A stretch of 64,000 bases of DNA from Geosiphon pyriformis uo1 (Eukaryota > Fungi > Glomeromycota). The stretch's first letter is position 1. Each line of letters starts with the position of its first letter. A model generated the notes under the pieces. That model was not told the DNA's origin and did no database searches. It saw only the letters and a list, made by a program, of their open reading frames with translations. The DNA is taken from the NCBI GenBank assembly GCA_016748015.1, contig JAAOMT010000602.1, positions 1 through 64,000 of the forward strand. The letters are read 5' to 3'. The translations under genes and the position numbers were made by a program. This document shows, piece by piece, positions 1 through 14,783 of this stretch.

Positions 1-2349
1 ATGAAAATTTTGACTATATTTAGAACAACGTGAAAAGGAAGCTCATCTAATTAACTGAACGCATGATCTGCTAAAACTCAGCCATTGAAATTTTCGCTTT
101 ACCTCATGATAATATCAATAAAGCTAGTGTGAGTACTCTATAATTGCGTGCTACCAATTTTTAAGATGAATTTACATAGTTTGATTAGTGTAGAAAGATC
201 AACGATTTTTGGAAAATTGGCTTAAGACAGATAAAATTTTAGCAATCCCTTTCTATGAATAATAGTGAATACTCATTAGTGTTCTAGAAATATTATACAC
301 TCTCTTCAAATCATACATAGGTGAATTTAGGTTTTATATCGAGGATATTATAAGGTTAAAATCTAAAAATCAAGTAAAAGAACGAGGTTATCTATAAAAT
401 AGGAGTGATATTAATTTAAATCTCGAGTCTTATCACTAAGCATTGAAAAGCTGATATCAAAAATGGTTAATATTGTACTGCCATGCCATTGAGAATAAAA
501 ACATCTTTAGGTTAATTGAGAAATTTTTCAAAGAAAAAATCACTCTTTGAAATGATTAACTATATTTTTGACATGGATATGGCTAAATTAGTATTATATT
601 TCCACTGTTATTTCCCGAAATCAAAAAAGGTCATTGTTTCCCACTAAATGCATATATATGCTTATAATTCTAACCAATAGATCTACAATTATTCATGTTT
701 AAATGAAATTTAATTTTGCGAATTCTCAAAGTATAGCTAAAAAGAATAGATAAGGGAACTCACCGTTTTACAAATATCCCCTGTTGCAAACTGAAGATTT
801 ACACTAGATAGTTATTAGAGTATTCGATATTGACGACTAATTAATTAATTTATCTTTCTCACATGTGAGGAGCCATGCTTAAAGCCATGTTTAAGCTCCG
901 TTCATACAGATTACTAATTATGCTATACATCTTAAGTTACAAATCAGTTGATTTTTAAGATGAGCTGCGAACATTCTTTGTTATTACCAATTTATAAGGG
1001 AAACCCTGCATCAAAAAGAAAGAAAAAGATAAATTTATTGAGTTATTAGGGATCATTATAAAATGGACTAATATAAAATGATAGCTTTTTAAAAAGGTTA
1101 CAAAAGATATGAAACTGGTTTTTCCCCCTTGTATTGCCTAAAAATAATAGCACTTTTGGGTTTTAGTAAGTATGTGGAAGTAGAAGATTAATGTAAGGAT
1201 AAGCTAGTTCAAAGCTAATCGTAATATTATAGAATAAGCTAGAGAAACGTTTCTTTAACTCTCATACTTTTGTAAAATTTATTTGGATAATCTTTCTAAA
1301 AGAAGAAGGAGATCTAACTCAATAGTTAGTCTTTAACCTAGAAATTCATATCTTTTTATTTATAAAAAAAAATTTCAATAATATTATTTAATTAAAATTA
1401 ATAATAATTATTTTAAATGATAATACTGTTGCTAAACTTTAAATTTAATAATCGGTGTATCTATTTTGAAATGAATGAGAGAGAAAATGGAATAAAATCC
1501 TCTTGATATGTAAATAAAAATTATTATTAATTTTTATATAGCATTTTTTGAAGATAAGCTTTAAAAGATTAGAAATAATAAAAAAATAAAACTTGAAGCA
1601 ATAGTTATACAGAGAAATCAAATGTAATAAATGTCTATAAAATATAAATAAAATATATATAAATTTGCACAAATTATTCAAATTGTTCACAAAGTTATGT
1701 TTTTTACTCCTTAAGTAATAAATAAAAATATAACATCGTTTTAATGGCATTCTGAATTAGAAATGTTGTTCTTTTAAGAGAAAGCTCTTAATATTCAATG
1801 TTTGAATTTCTATCATTCTATCATGTGTGCATCATTTATAAATAGTCCCGGTGAATATAGTTTGATATTAATATTTAAAATCAAGTAATAGGGACGATGA
1901 ATGAAAATTCTCTAACATAATATTGCATTTCTATTCATTTTGCTATTCTTATCCACGCAATATCGAAAATTATATTTCCGTCACTATTTCCTATTCAACT
2001 ACCGTGATATTCTATTAACTTCTTTTGCATAAGAGTTTTGAGATGATCCGATTAAAGATCTTAAAAGGGATCAAAAATTTAATGCGAAAACCTTTCTAAA
2101 GTTTAGAAATTTAAATTATTTTTTTGGGAGTTAGAAAATTCTATGTTAATCAAAGCCGAATTCTTTGTTCCGTAGAAATTCTCAAAATTAAAATTCCGAG
2201 CTTAAATCTAGAAGTTTCCAATAACTTTTAAAGCTATATCTACTCTTTTTAAACCTGAATAAATAATTTTTGTGTTGGCATTCATTTTTATGAATTAAAT
2301 ATATATTTTATGTTTCTTTATAATTTCTTTCTTTTTATTAAGCACTATC

Positions 2350-3035
2350 TAATCGACTCTAGTCTTTCAACTAGTAAATTAACTGTCATCAAACAACTAT
2401 TTCCTGGACGATATCTCGAATAATTATTCACTACTTGCTACCGAAATTTCTATCGAACGAATAGCTTATATAGTTTAGAGGCTTCTTATATTATTCAGAG
2501 TTTAATAACGATTAATTTAATTTAGAAGATAACAATCAATTTCTAAAAAACTAACCGATTGCTAGCAGAGGATTTTTAGTAAGTTATTTGCTAATTTATC
2601 CTGATCTTTTTTATAATATTATTCACTTTAAATATTGAAGATTTTAATCTTTCTAAATTTACTTGCAATGATATTATCTATATTTCTAAGAAATATCGAG
2701 AGAGCAATAGCCAACAAACATTAGTTACTTTGTACATGTATAAAGATAGAACGGATTTTATAAATTTAGTATCAGTAGCTTTATCCGATGTTTGTCAAAA
2801 AGGAACTTCACTCAATCTTACCTTTCCCTGCAACACACTCTCAAATCGCTCCAATGCCTATTAATTAAAAATCTTTATCTGTACCTTTATTTAACCATGT
2901 GTTGGAAACTTGTCGTTTACTAACGCTACAAATAAGGTGGTCAATATTTATGGGTTGCCTAAGGCTTTATATAATTCAACTGCTGCTAAAACCTATCCAA
3001 GATACTTTGGAGAAGTTCATTATGTATTACCTTAA
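2350..3035 (+). pseudogene. Possible decayed gene, weak ML/NPC2-like lipid-binding resemblance
   Basis: Coding-like frame LVTLYMYKDRTDFINLVSVALSDVCQKGTSLNLTFPCNTLS...PCVGNLSF...YVLP* broken by stops. The DVC...FPC spacing recalls ML domains; the family call is weak. Confidence 0.25.
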
Positions 3036-4604
3036 AACAGGAGTTATGAAATTAAAGTGAAATATTTGTCAGCCAAATTTGTATTTTTGCCCGAATTTCA
3101 TATTCGCCTTTTAATTTTGCTCTTTTTTTTATTACTTTAGAAATTTTTTTGGCTTTATTTTGGTGTTATCATGGATACTTATTAAACTTAAATATAATTA
3201 TCATTTTCTCATTCACAATTAAAATCCTAAATGAAATCTATTAGTATCACTTCTAATAGGTCATAAATAAAGTTTTATAACGTTGAAATTTTTTGCAGAA
3301 TTTTCAAATTTCATTCAGTTAGAATATTTATATTTTCTATTTAATTTTTGATAAACAAGGTTTCAAATTGCTTAAAAATCATTATAAAGTGATTAAAAAA
3401 ATTTATATTGACAAAAAAGTTAAAATAATAAATATATATGTGAAGTGCTAACTAATAAATATCGTCTTTCTAAGATTTTTATCTTTTAATTTTAGAATCT
3501 TTAATAGCAAACCAATCTATAGGATTGGAAAAGAAGACTTAGGAATCTGAATGAATACTCATGAATACAATTTTTTTCCAAATAGAAATAGTTCTCAAGA
3601 ATAAAAGTCTTGCGTAAATTTACTTCATTTTCAAAATTCCTTGAGTCATATTTTTAATTACTATAGTTCGCATTTTTTTCAAAGCCTGAAATAAAAAAAA
3701 ACGACTATTTTTAATTCATATGAATATAATTCAAGAAATTTTTTCTTTTATCAAGAATTTCCTTCAGATTTCTATTATTTTATTTTTCCGAACCCATTGT
3801 CTTTTAAAAGAAAGAATATTCAGTGAGAATAGCAAGTGCAGATTTGGGCCAACGAATTTTATTGATTAATTAGTTCATTTTTTCGCAAGCTCTTATTAGG
3901 AATTACTAATTAAAATACCTTTTTACTGCAACTAAAAATATTTATAAGTAATGGTTCGGAAATAATGGAAATTACCTTCTTTTCTAAATATTAGTTGGAA
4001 TTACACAAAGTAGAAGTTATATTTTGCTTCCAAAGCTATACTAAATTTGATACTATAAAGAGAGAAATAATTTTAGATATGCTCAGAAAAACGTGCATTG
4101 ATTGTCAAGTTTGGTTATTAATATTAATTTTTTATTTTAAAATTAATTTATTTCTCTTTAAACCTCACAAATAATAGCACTCAATGAGTTTTTGCAAAGA
4201 TACTTTGATTAAAGCTATGGTAATAGGGCTCCAAATTTGATTTACAAAGCGTTAAGACAAAGAATGACATAATTGCTGTTCATTCATACCTTTTATAGAT
4301 TCATAAATCTGTTATTTTATGTTCATCAAGCTCCATTACATAACGATACGAATTCATTTTTAAATAAACATCCCAAAGGACTAAACACTTGGACAATAAA
4401 GTGCATGCATTTTAGTAAGTCTACAGCACTTTATTGGGTTATCAAAAATTGAATCACAACTCCAGAGCTATAACTTGCAAAAAAAGAAATTAATATAACC
4501 TTCATTGATATACAAGGGGAAATGAAAAAAAAAGGTTAAAATTAGTGTACACAAGGTGAGGGTAAATATATGGGTAAACTTTACTCACTGAAAAATAAAA
4601 AATT

Positions 4605-4853
4605 TTTGTAGTGGCCAAAAATCGTAAAAATTTTGACTGGTATCGAGTTGTATTTTCAGACGAAAGCGGTCTAAACCAAACAAGATTAAGATTTTGGCAG
4701 TTTCCTGGACAAAAGAATATTATTCCGGTCCATTAAAGGTCGATTTATGGGGCTGTTTTACAAATTTGGGTTTGGTGAACTGTTTAGCTTCTAACGCAAT
4801 CTCAATGCTGATTTTATGATTACAATATACGAATGGAATCTTCTTCAAGCTGA
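4605..4853 (+). mobile_element. Tc1/IS630-family DDE transposase fragment (degenerate)
   Basis: Reading across frameshifts gives KNRKNFDWYRVVFSDESG...FWQFPGQKN...LKVDLWGCF.KFGFGELFSF*RNLNADFMITIYEWNLLQA. This has the WxxVxFSDES and VxxWGCF motifs of Tc1 transposases. Confidence 0.8.
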
Positions 4854-5289
4854 TAATTATTAAAATAATTAAAAAAAATGAACAATTAAAATATATTTTT
4901 AGTAATATATTTCAATTATCAAATATGAGATTAAATCAAAATTCGTAAGTTTATTACAATGTAAATCAAAAAAATATTGAAAAAATAAAAACTTATATTT
5001 TAAAAAAATATTTTATTTAATAAATTTTTATTTAAAAACGGGTGACTAGTCAGAACATATTCATGTTTCTTGTGCAAAGATACTATACTCAATGAAGCAA
5101 ATAAAAATAATGATAATCTTAATATTTTCAGATTTTTTAATAAAATATTAATATTTAAAACGAGTTTTTTAAATTTAATAAGTTTATTTTATTTTCTTAT
5201 AATATTGATAAAATTTTTTTTTATTTCTATTATAATAATTATATTTTATATAATTGATTTGAATTTAAAAGGACCTCTACTTCTTTAAA

Positions 5290-7020
5290 ATTTTAGAGAA
5301 TTATTAAATTAACATTTATTTCCAAATCAAGTTTGTCTATAAAAAATCTTTGGCTATGGAAAAAGACTTGGTTTTAAAATATTAATTTTAAACATATAAC
5401 ATTTATTTAGATTGGAAAATGGTCATTATAGTTACTGTATTTTTATTAAGTCAATTAAATTGCAGTTTGATTAGTTTTTTAACAGAAGACTGTGGTTAAA
5501 TTTGTTGAATCAAGTTAAGCCAATTATATAGTTTTTTTGTGATCTATTCTGATTAAAAAAAAGACTATGTATTTTTAGAACAACAAATTATGTGTTAATA
5601 AAAATATGCATTATATATTATTGTATATTTTACTAATAAGCATTAATATTAATAATTTTGAGAATATTTGAAATTTCTGAATAGAAAAACTTGTATTATT
5701 AATAGGAATTTTGTAACTTATATAAGACACTAATATATAATAGTCTGTTTTAATAATAATAAATTATAGTTAAAATTACAATTGAATATCTATTTTAAAA
5801 AATTTAAATACTGTTTTAACATAAACCAGACTTGTTTTTTTCAAGTGTTTTTTTGTAGTTATTTTGATTATATATTTTTGAAATACAATTTTGTTAATGA
5901 TTTTTTTTAAAATTTAAAAAACACTAATTAAATAACACTAAATTAAGCTTTTATTAATTATTTAATAGCTTTTAATACTTAGTTGTAAACAATTATTAAA
6001 AGTTTAAACAAAAATAGTTTTGTTTTTGGTTTTTTATCTTAGTTCCAGTTTTCTTTTTAGTAGTTTTAATTGATTTAATGTTAAAAATAAATAGGCTCTA
6101 AAAAGTTTTAAGCTATTAATAAATTGATTAAACAAGTTTATTAGATACTTATAATCTAAAATAATAATAAACTTTAGCTTTTTTATTAGTTTATTCTTCT
6201 TTGTCAGTTTTATTTGGGTTTAGTTTTAAAAAAAGGGTTAAAATAGTTTTAAACATTTTTAAAAGTAAAATATTAACTAATATTAATTCAAAACTAATTA
6301 TCATAAAAAAGAAATTAAAATGTTTTTATAAACTTTTAAAAACGTTTTATTTAAATAGAATTTTTTAAGTGCTTATTTAAAGTTATTTAAAAACTCTTTT
6401 TAATAAATAGTATAATATAAATAATTTTACAGCACAGAATAATATTTGTAAATAAAATAAAAAACTGTTAGTTTGATTTTAATTATCACAAAAACTAAAG
6501 TTTTAAAAAGTTTTAAGTCTTGAATTAATAACAAGTTTAAAAGTATTAAGATTATTGTTTTGGAAAAAACATTGGCTATTTGGATTTAAATGTTGTTTTA
6601 ATTATTATAATTAATATTTTTAAACATATATGTAAAATTAAAAACATTTTTAAATGGCTTTTGGCTATTAGATTATTATATAGAAATTACTTTTAATGTT
6701 TATTATTAAACTTTATATTAAAAGTTTATTTGATAATTTTTTTGTTATTTTGAGTGGTAATTTTAACAAAAATAGTATTAAATACAGTATTAATTTGAAT
6801 ATATACAGAAATTTGGATATTTATAATGTTTTATTATGTTAAAATACTAACAATTTTTTCATATAAAGCAATTTTAAAAACATTTTTAAAACACTAAATT
6901 TTAATTTTAGTAAATATTTGTAAAAATTATTATAAAAAAAAAGTGTTTAATGTTTATAAGTTTATTAATAGAAATTACATGGTTGTTATTATTAACTAAA
7001 ATTTGATTTATTAATTAGCA
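5290..7020 (+). mobile_element. LINE relic, 5' part (ORF1 and APE endonuclease start)
   Basis: Stop-riddled translations include RKTCIINRNFVTYIRH*YIIVCF (ORF1-like) and LIITKTKVLKSFKS*INNKFKSIKII...GYLDLNVVLII...KHICKIKNIFKWLLAIRLLYRN (APE-like ITETK and GxGVAII motifs after transitions). Boundaries are approximate. Confidence 0.6.
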
Positions 7021-10000
7021 TAAAATTATTTTTATAATTCTTATTAATAATTAACTTATATTATTATTTTAATTTATTAAATATTACTATTTAATTAATA
7101 ATGTAATTTTATAATACCTAAGTATAACTAAATACAATAATCAAATTATGCAATATTTTAAACTATATAACATTCAAGAATTTGTCGAAGTATTTAAAAA
7201 TTTAATGAAATATTTAATAATTTACCAAAATAATTAATAATCTATAGAAATAACTTGTAGTTTGCCAAAATATATCTTTAGTTTGCTAAAATATTAGCAA
7301 AGAAAAAAGTATTAGATTATAAAATAATACTATAATAAGTTATATAAAAAAAAAGTTTTTTTTTTAAGAAAATATATATTAGTTTAAAATTATTTTTCTA
7401 GTTATTAATTAATTATTACAAATTAAAATAAAATTTACTTTGAAAATCAAACTTCCTTTATAATTATTATTGTTTTAAATTTACAATTTTTAAATAAAAT
7501 TTTGAAATTATTTAGTTAATTATTTAGTTGATTTTAGATCTGAATCAAAAATATTTTATTTTATTTTATTTTATTGGGTAGCTTATAGTCAAGATTTTTT
7601 TTAGAACAATTGACTTTTATAGCAAAGTAACTACATATTATTAAGAAGCTTACAGAAAATAATTCTTGTAAAAAAGTTAACTTTTATTATAAAGTAATTA
7701 TACAAAATAATTAATATAAAATTGGCTATTTTATTATAAACCTAATTGCAATAATAAATCAAAATATAAAGAGATACTTTAAAGATAAATTAGCTTATTA
7801 AAAATTTATTAATAGCAAAATAGCATTAATAATATCTTTAAAAATAACTAAAATTCTTAATAACATTTGGTGTTTTCTTAAAATTAACATAATAACAAAC
7901 TATTAAAAATAATAAGTATATCTAACACAACAACTCTAAAGTATTATCAGTTGATTTATATACACTACAAGCAAAAATTTGAAATTTAAGACAGAATTAC
8001 AGTTGTAAAAAAAACTCTTTACTAATATATTAAAAATAGAATTAACAATTATTTTTTTGAAAATTACAACATTACAGAAGTCAAACAAAATCTTCTTGAT
8101 AATCTAATTTATTATTTTAATGTAAAAATTAAAACTATTAATATTAATACTTATTTAATCTATTTTCAAAAACTTAATTAAGATATTACCAAATTTTGTA
8201 AAAAAAATATCTAGTTAATCTTAATTTTTTTTTAACTTAAAGTTTTAATCAAAAACTAATAATATAAAAAATAAAAAAACATTTTAACTTAACCAAATAA
8301 CTTATAACATATTTAAAATTACTATTAAACATTTGTAAACACTTAAACAAAGAATCAATATTAAACTATTACTTTTAATTACACTTTTTTTAACTTTATT
8401 GGTTTAAGTTCAAATATTTAACTTATTACTTATTTGTTTTTTAAGATTAAAGATTTTACATTACTAAAAATTTTAGCTCAACAGTAAGAATTAATTTATA
8501 TCAATACTAATTTTTTTATTTATTTAAAAAAAACCAAAATAAGTACCTAAAAAGTTTAACAAACAAAAAAAAAATTTTGAATTTATTAAAAAAGAAAAAA
8601 AAACCAAAAAAAAACAACAAAAAAATAGCAACTGTTATTACAAAAGTGTTTTTTTAATATATTAATTATTAATACTTCTGATTTAAATATAATTAATTTT
8701 TTGTGAGTTTTTTAATTTTGGTTTTATAATAATATTATGTTAAAAACTTTTTTATTATTGTTAGAGTTTTTTCTATTATTTTTGAAATTGTTTATTTTTA
8801 ATTTGTCAAAATATTAATAAAAAAAAGTATTAAATTATAGAATAGTATTATAATAAGTTGTATAAAAAAAAATTTTTTTTTTTAAAGAAAATATCTAATT
8901 TTTAATTAACTATTACAAATAAAAATAAAATTTATTTTAAAAACCAAACTTTTTTTATAATTATTATTCCTTTAAAATTTACAATTTCTAACTAAAATTT
9001 TGAAATTAATGACTATTAATTTTAATAATTACTTAGTCAATTTTAAATTTAAACTAAAAATATTTTTTTTATATTCCTTTTTATTTTAATTTTTTTTATA
9101 TTATTAAATAATTTATAGTCAAGATTTTTTGTATAAAAGTTAACTTTTACAGCAAAGTAATTACATATTATTAAAGTACTTACAGGCAAAAATTTTTGTA
9201 AAAAAGTTAACTTTTACTATAAAATAACTATACAAAATAATTGGTATAAAATTGGTTATTTTATTATAAACTCAATAACAACAATAATTTAAAGTATAGA
9301 AAGATACTTTAAAGATAAATTAGCTTATTAAAGCTTTTTTAATTTCTATTAATTATAGAATTAATAACAAAATAACATTAACCACATCTCTAAAAATAAC
9401 TAAAATTTTTAATAATACTGTTTTAGTATTTATTAATTAAAATAAATTATTAAATATTAAGATTAATTAGTTTGCAAGTAAATCAATAAAAATTAATACA
9501 AATTAATAAATTGGATTTAAAAAACTTTTTTGGTTAAAATTTTGAATTTTATAACTTAGTTTGAAGTTTACAAGTATAAAAAATATAAATAACATACAAA
9601 ATTCGTTAAAAAATGGTTTATTAATTTTTTTAGTTGTTTAAAACCAAATCTGCCAATAATTCTAAAATTAAAAATATTAATAAAAATTATAGTATTTATA
9701 ATGTTTAAAAGTTTTTTCACAAAGTTTTTTTTTAATTTATCTGATTATAAATAATAATAATATTCTAAATTTTGTTAAGATTAAATTAAAGATTAATAAA
9801 ATTAAAACAAACTAAAATATAAAAACACAAAGTATTTATTTTTATGCCAAGTATTTAGTTGTTTTAGTCTGTTTTTTTTTAATTTTATTAAATATTTTGA
9901 AAAATGGTTTTGAATTTTCTTAAAAAAAAGACTATTAAATTCTGTAAAATATTTAATAAGTTTTAGAAATACTATAATTAATTTGTTTTGAATATGGTTT

Positions 10001-12000
10001 AAAATTTTTTGAATAAGTATTTGACTTGTTAAAAATATTAGATTCTTAAAAAAAATCTTAATTTCTAAGATTGTTAAGTTTTATAAATAAGAAAAAGTTT
10101 TTACAAATACAATATTAATTAAAATTATAAGAAATATTTTGTTTAAGATTTTATCAGATTATATATTTGTAACTTGTAAATTAAACAATATTTTTTAAGA
10201 TAATAATTTTTTGGTATCTTAATTTAAATTTCTATATTTACTTTTGGTTTTATAATTAAGAATGTTTTAAAAAATATTAAAAAATTTAATTGGTTTTGCA
10301 AGACATAAAAAAAGCTTAAAATTTAATAATTAAAAAAAAGCTTATAAAAAATTAAAATAAATTATGCTTAATTTTGGACTTATAAATAAATACTAGGTAC
10401 ATTATAATTTGGATTAAAAAAAAGTAATTTTTTCTCTTTTATAAAGAATTTTTTTTAGATTAATAATATATATTAGTAAACAATAGGAAAACTATAACTA
10501 TTTTTATTAATTACAGAGTTAAAAATGTATTTTTTTAAAAAAAAACTGTTTATTTTAGTTGCGAAGTTTCAAAAGTCTATTATTATTTGGAAATTTTTTA
10601 TTAAAGAAAAAATTAAGTATGCTTAATTTAAAAAAACTAATTCTGATATTATGTTTTTTGTTAACAAAGTGTTTAAAAAAGTGGTAGTTTTGTAATTTAT
10701 TTTTGTTTTTAAAAAAATTTGTAAAAAATAAAATAAATTAATTAGAAAGAAATTAAATTTAAGTCTTAACTGTTTAAAAATATTTTTAATGATACTTGGT
10801 ATTTTTTTTACTTTATTATTTAATTTTTAAATTTATAAATAGAAATTATGTTATTTATTGTATTATTTTATAAAACTTTTTGATTATTTTGTTAATAATT
10901 TTCTAACAACGATTATTTTTTATCAATATTTGTTTTAATGCTTTATTTTTATAATAACATATTAATATCTGTTATTATTAGTAAAAAAATTTATTTTAAG
11001 ATAGTTAGATTTTTAAAAAAATTTGAAATTATATTTGTAAATTAATTATAAAACAAAAAATTAGCTTTATTTACCTAAATTATTTTTTATTACTAAAAAA
11101 ACTAAATTTAAAAGGTTTAATACTGTATTAATTTAGAAATATTGTTGTTTATTTTTATAATTTTTTAATATTATGCCAATTATTTCTGGTTGTTAATATT
11201 CTATTTGTATTGGTAAGAAATGTTTAAAAGTTGATCAAATTTGTTTTTATAATATTTAATTTATATAATTTAAGTTGTCTTAAATTTATAATATATATAG
11301 ATAATTTGTAAAAATTTTTGGTTTTTTTAAGTAATTAAAAAAACTGTTGTTTTTTTGTTAATTAACTTTAAATATAAAAATAAATATATATAATATTATA
11401 TTATTAATACTAATTGAGCTTTAGAGTATTTTTTTTGTATTTTAATATGTATTGATATTTATATATTATTATTAAACAAATATTTATTCATTAATTAACA
11501 TAAAATTACATTTAAAATTCTTATTATTAATTATATAGAAATAATTTAATTTTATTACTTATTATTTAATTAATAATTCAATTTATATATTATACAAATA
11601 TAATAAATATAATAATTAAATTATATAATATTCTAATGTAATATTTAAAATTTGTCAAAATATTTAAAATATTCAATAATTTATTAAAATAACTTGTAAT
11701 TTGCCAAAATGTATAATTTAATTTTTAAAAAATTTATAGAAATATTAATAAAAATACTAAACTTAAAATAATACTATAATTAAATATATAAATTTTTTTT
11801 TTAAAAAAATGTATTAAACAATAAATTAATTAATAAATTACTACAAATTAATAAAATAAATATCACTTTGAAAATTAAAACTTTCTTTATAATATACAAC
11901 TTTAAGAATTTATTAATTTTAATAAATAGTTTAATTATTCTAAATTTAAACAAAAAAACATTTTTTAAATAAAATTATTATTAAATAATTTAATAAAAAT
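7020..12000. mobile_element. Nested, highly degenerate LTR (Gypsy-like) retrotransposon remnants
   Basis: Three diverged direct copies of an LTR/leader-like block at ~7140-7860, ~8800-9410 and ~11600-11970. For example, AGCAAAGTAA(C/T)TACATATTATTAA...GATACTTTAAAGATAAATTAGCTTATTA occurs at 7621-7800 and 9151-9330. A gag-like relic YYQLIYIHYKQKFEI*DRITVVKKTLY*YIKNRINNYFFENYNITEVKQNLLDNL lies at ~7940-8110. Unresolved coding-like relics fill 9420-11440. Confidence 0.6.
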
Positions 12001-12059
12001 TTTACAATTTTTATTAAAAATAAAATTAAAAGTAGTTTTTATTAATTAAAATAAGATTA

Positions 12060-12937
12060 AGAAACATTTTAATAATTTAAAAAATGAAATTGCAAATGTT
12101 TTGGCTAAATTGACTATAAAATTTAATTTTTTGTTATTAATTAGTATTAAAAAATTTTATTTTATAATTAAAAAATTTATTTATTTAAAAGCTTTTTTAT
12201 TTAATAAAAGTATTGTTAATTATATTAATATTTTATTAATAAAAACATTAATTAAAATAGATTTTTTATAATTTAATATCTTAATAGTAGTATTAAGTTT
12301 AATTTAACAAGTTATAATCTGTTGGTCTTTACAGATATATAATAAAAACTTTATATAAGTAATTATAAATTGTTATTAAAAAAAGATTATATAATTATAG
12401 TTAGATTATTTTGTTTTTTGTCATAAAGATAAAGCTATTAAAATATTGATTGATAAAAAAATATACTAGTATATAGTCTGTTAAATTTTGTATTATAACT
12501 TTTTTTTCTGTAATTTTTCAAACTCTTTTAATGTTTAAAGTATAAAAAAAGTTTATATAATAATGATCAAAGATTTTGTGTTTAGAACTTAAATCTTTAA
12601 AATAATTAATAAGTTGAATTGAATTGATATTGCTTTTATGATAATTGTTGATTTGATTCATAGTTTTATGTTGGCACATAGAAAGCTGATTTGGTTAAGC
12701 TTTGAACTAAATATAAAAGAAAGAATTTGGTTAATTATTAGAACCTTGTAATCTTTAATGTTAAAAAATTATCTTTTTTTGCTTAGTGATGTTTCAATTT
12801 ATAAAATTAATTTGGCCAGAAGAGTTATTTAAATTTTGGTTTTGTTAGAGAATTGTTTTTGGTCTCGAGTTTGTTTTTTGATTTGTTGTATTAAGTAGGG
12901 ATTGGATCACGCTTATTAATGCATAATAAAAAAAAAG
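12060..12937 (+). mobile_element. LINE relic, 3' end (post-RNase H / C-terminal region) with A-tail
   Basis: Begins with NEIANVLAKL, the GNExADxLAK RNase H motif after G>A. Degenerate C-terminal coding follows and ends in an A-rich tail (TAATAAAAAAAAAG) at ~12924-12937. Confidence 0.6.
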
Positions 12938-13140
12938 CTTAAAATTTATTAAAACTTTATTTATTATGAATCCAATTTGAAGCTTTAGTTTATGATTAAT
13001 TATACATTCATGTTATGGCGACGAAATATCTTATAAACAAAAATGTTTTGTAATATTATTCTTTAAAATTGATTGTTTTATTTTAATTTCAAAACTAAAT
13101 CTTAATCTATAATATAGGAATAAATTTAAGAAATTCATTC

Positions 13141-14783
13141 TTAAAACTCAACACTAATATCGCCATTCTTCGTTGAAACAAATACAGTACTATACATTTC
13201 TTGATTCTTTTGTTTCTTCTCCTCTTCACCACTAATATCTTGTTTATTGAATCTAATTATACCAGCTTGTTCATGCTCTGGATCAGCAACTGTGAGGTTC
13301 TCACTAACATTCCAAGCATGAACTTTACCGTGTTCAGATTTTAGTTGGAATCTCCCAGTAAATGTTTGATTCTATTTCAAATTCATTAATTAATAACTAG
13401 AAATTAAACACAATAAAAACCAAAAAATTTTAAAAAAATGATTTACAAATTTCAATTCAACATCCCCTGACTCAGTATTAGCTATGATGGTTTCTTTATG
13501 TCCATTTCGTGGAATCTTTGCCGTAAGTTTTATTTTTCCATCGTCAGCGAATAAGGATAATCCAGATTCAATTACAGTAAATTGGCCAGTAATTGAACCT
13601 CCGTTTTTTGAGGAGATGGACATTGTGTCTATTTGAGCATTCTATCGAAAAAAAAATTATTTTATAAAGTTCGAAAAGTTAATTAAACCTTCAATAATTA
13701 CCTTAACTTTAACATCTCCATTAAAAACTTCAATATTAATCGGCGTCTGCCTATAAAGTCCCTCAGAAATGATAGTTTTAAACCCATCGACATTGATAGA
13801 AGGAGGACGAGTTTTATTTGTTGGCGGAAAAATTATATCAACACGTACGAGGGCACATTTAGGCCTACCTAAGTAGTTTCTGTATTGGGCCAAATTTCCT
13901 GAATAAGATTGTTGTTTCTATACAATGAATTGGAATAATTAGAAATTTCATTTGGGGAATAAAGCAAAAAAAATTGAGAAAATTTATATATATACAATAT
14001 TTAGTAAATATGTATAATCCTGCACAACGCTAAAATCAAAACTTCCTGACTTTTTGTTCGGTGATTTCAAACGAATTAATATGGTAATATTTGTTTGTTT
14101 CGGATCCAGTGAATTTGTAATGTGTAATCTTCGTCGCTATGTTACCGTTTAAATTTGTAATTTAATTTCGAGAGCAAATGAGATTTTTCAATTTGAGAAT
14201 AAACTGTAGAGAAGTTTTTATACCACGAACCACAAACAACCCTTCCGTAGTAACATTTAAATTTGGTATTGATGATGGATTAAACGTAATATTTCGTACG
14301 GGTGCGTCATCGATTGTTAGATTCTCGCATATGGTTTTACCATATGAAACTGTATCCTATTTGAAGTTTTCAAAGAAATAATCATTAAGATACTTTTGTA
14401 AAAGAAGAACAAAAAGTGATTAATTTCAAATTACCGGCAAAACTTTGAAAAGAATATACAATGTTACTACAGCCAGAATCCCAAGTATAACTTTTGTCCA
14501 CCAACAACAAGTCTGGAATTTCTCACGATAACTCCCTTTTTTTTTTTTATATAAAATATAAACGGTTTTACTTGTATCAATAACTTGGTTCCAGACTCTT
14601 TGTGTTTGAATTTTAAATATCTCAATCTATATACTAACTCTGCTTTTCTTTAGGCTCCCTAGCTAATAATTTCTCGGTATCATCTTCATCAGAATAAGCG
14701 TGTTCAGAAGAAGAAGATAATGATGGTTGTTCTTCGGTGTTGGATGTAATTTCCCTTATTTGTTCTGAAAAAGTAGACGACAT
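13141..14783 (-). CDS. Multi-exon single-pass membrane protein with DUF4097/adhesin-like beta-strand repeats
   Basis: ATG at 14783 (MSSTFSEQ...), a TM exon (WWTKVILGILAVVTLYILFKVLP), then repeated (T/S)xxGxI/V motifs (VFNGDVKV, SKNGGSI, TESGDVEL, SEHGKVH, STKNGDISVEF*). About 7 exons with GT-AG introns. Confidence 0.8.

Noticed and set aside
1445-5288. Ile/Phe/Lys/Asn-rich ORFs (1445-1750, 5070-5288; likewise 18142-18378, 33034-33237, 44318-44551, 63442-63657)
   Set aside because: Composition reflects AT-rich non-coding or relic DNA, with no motifs.
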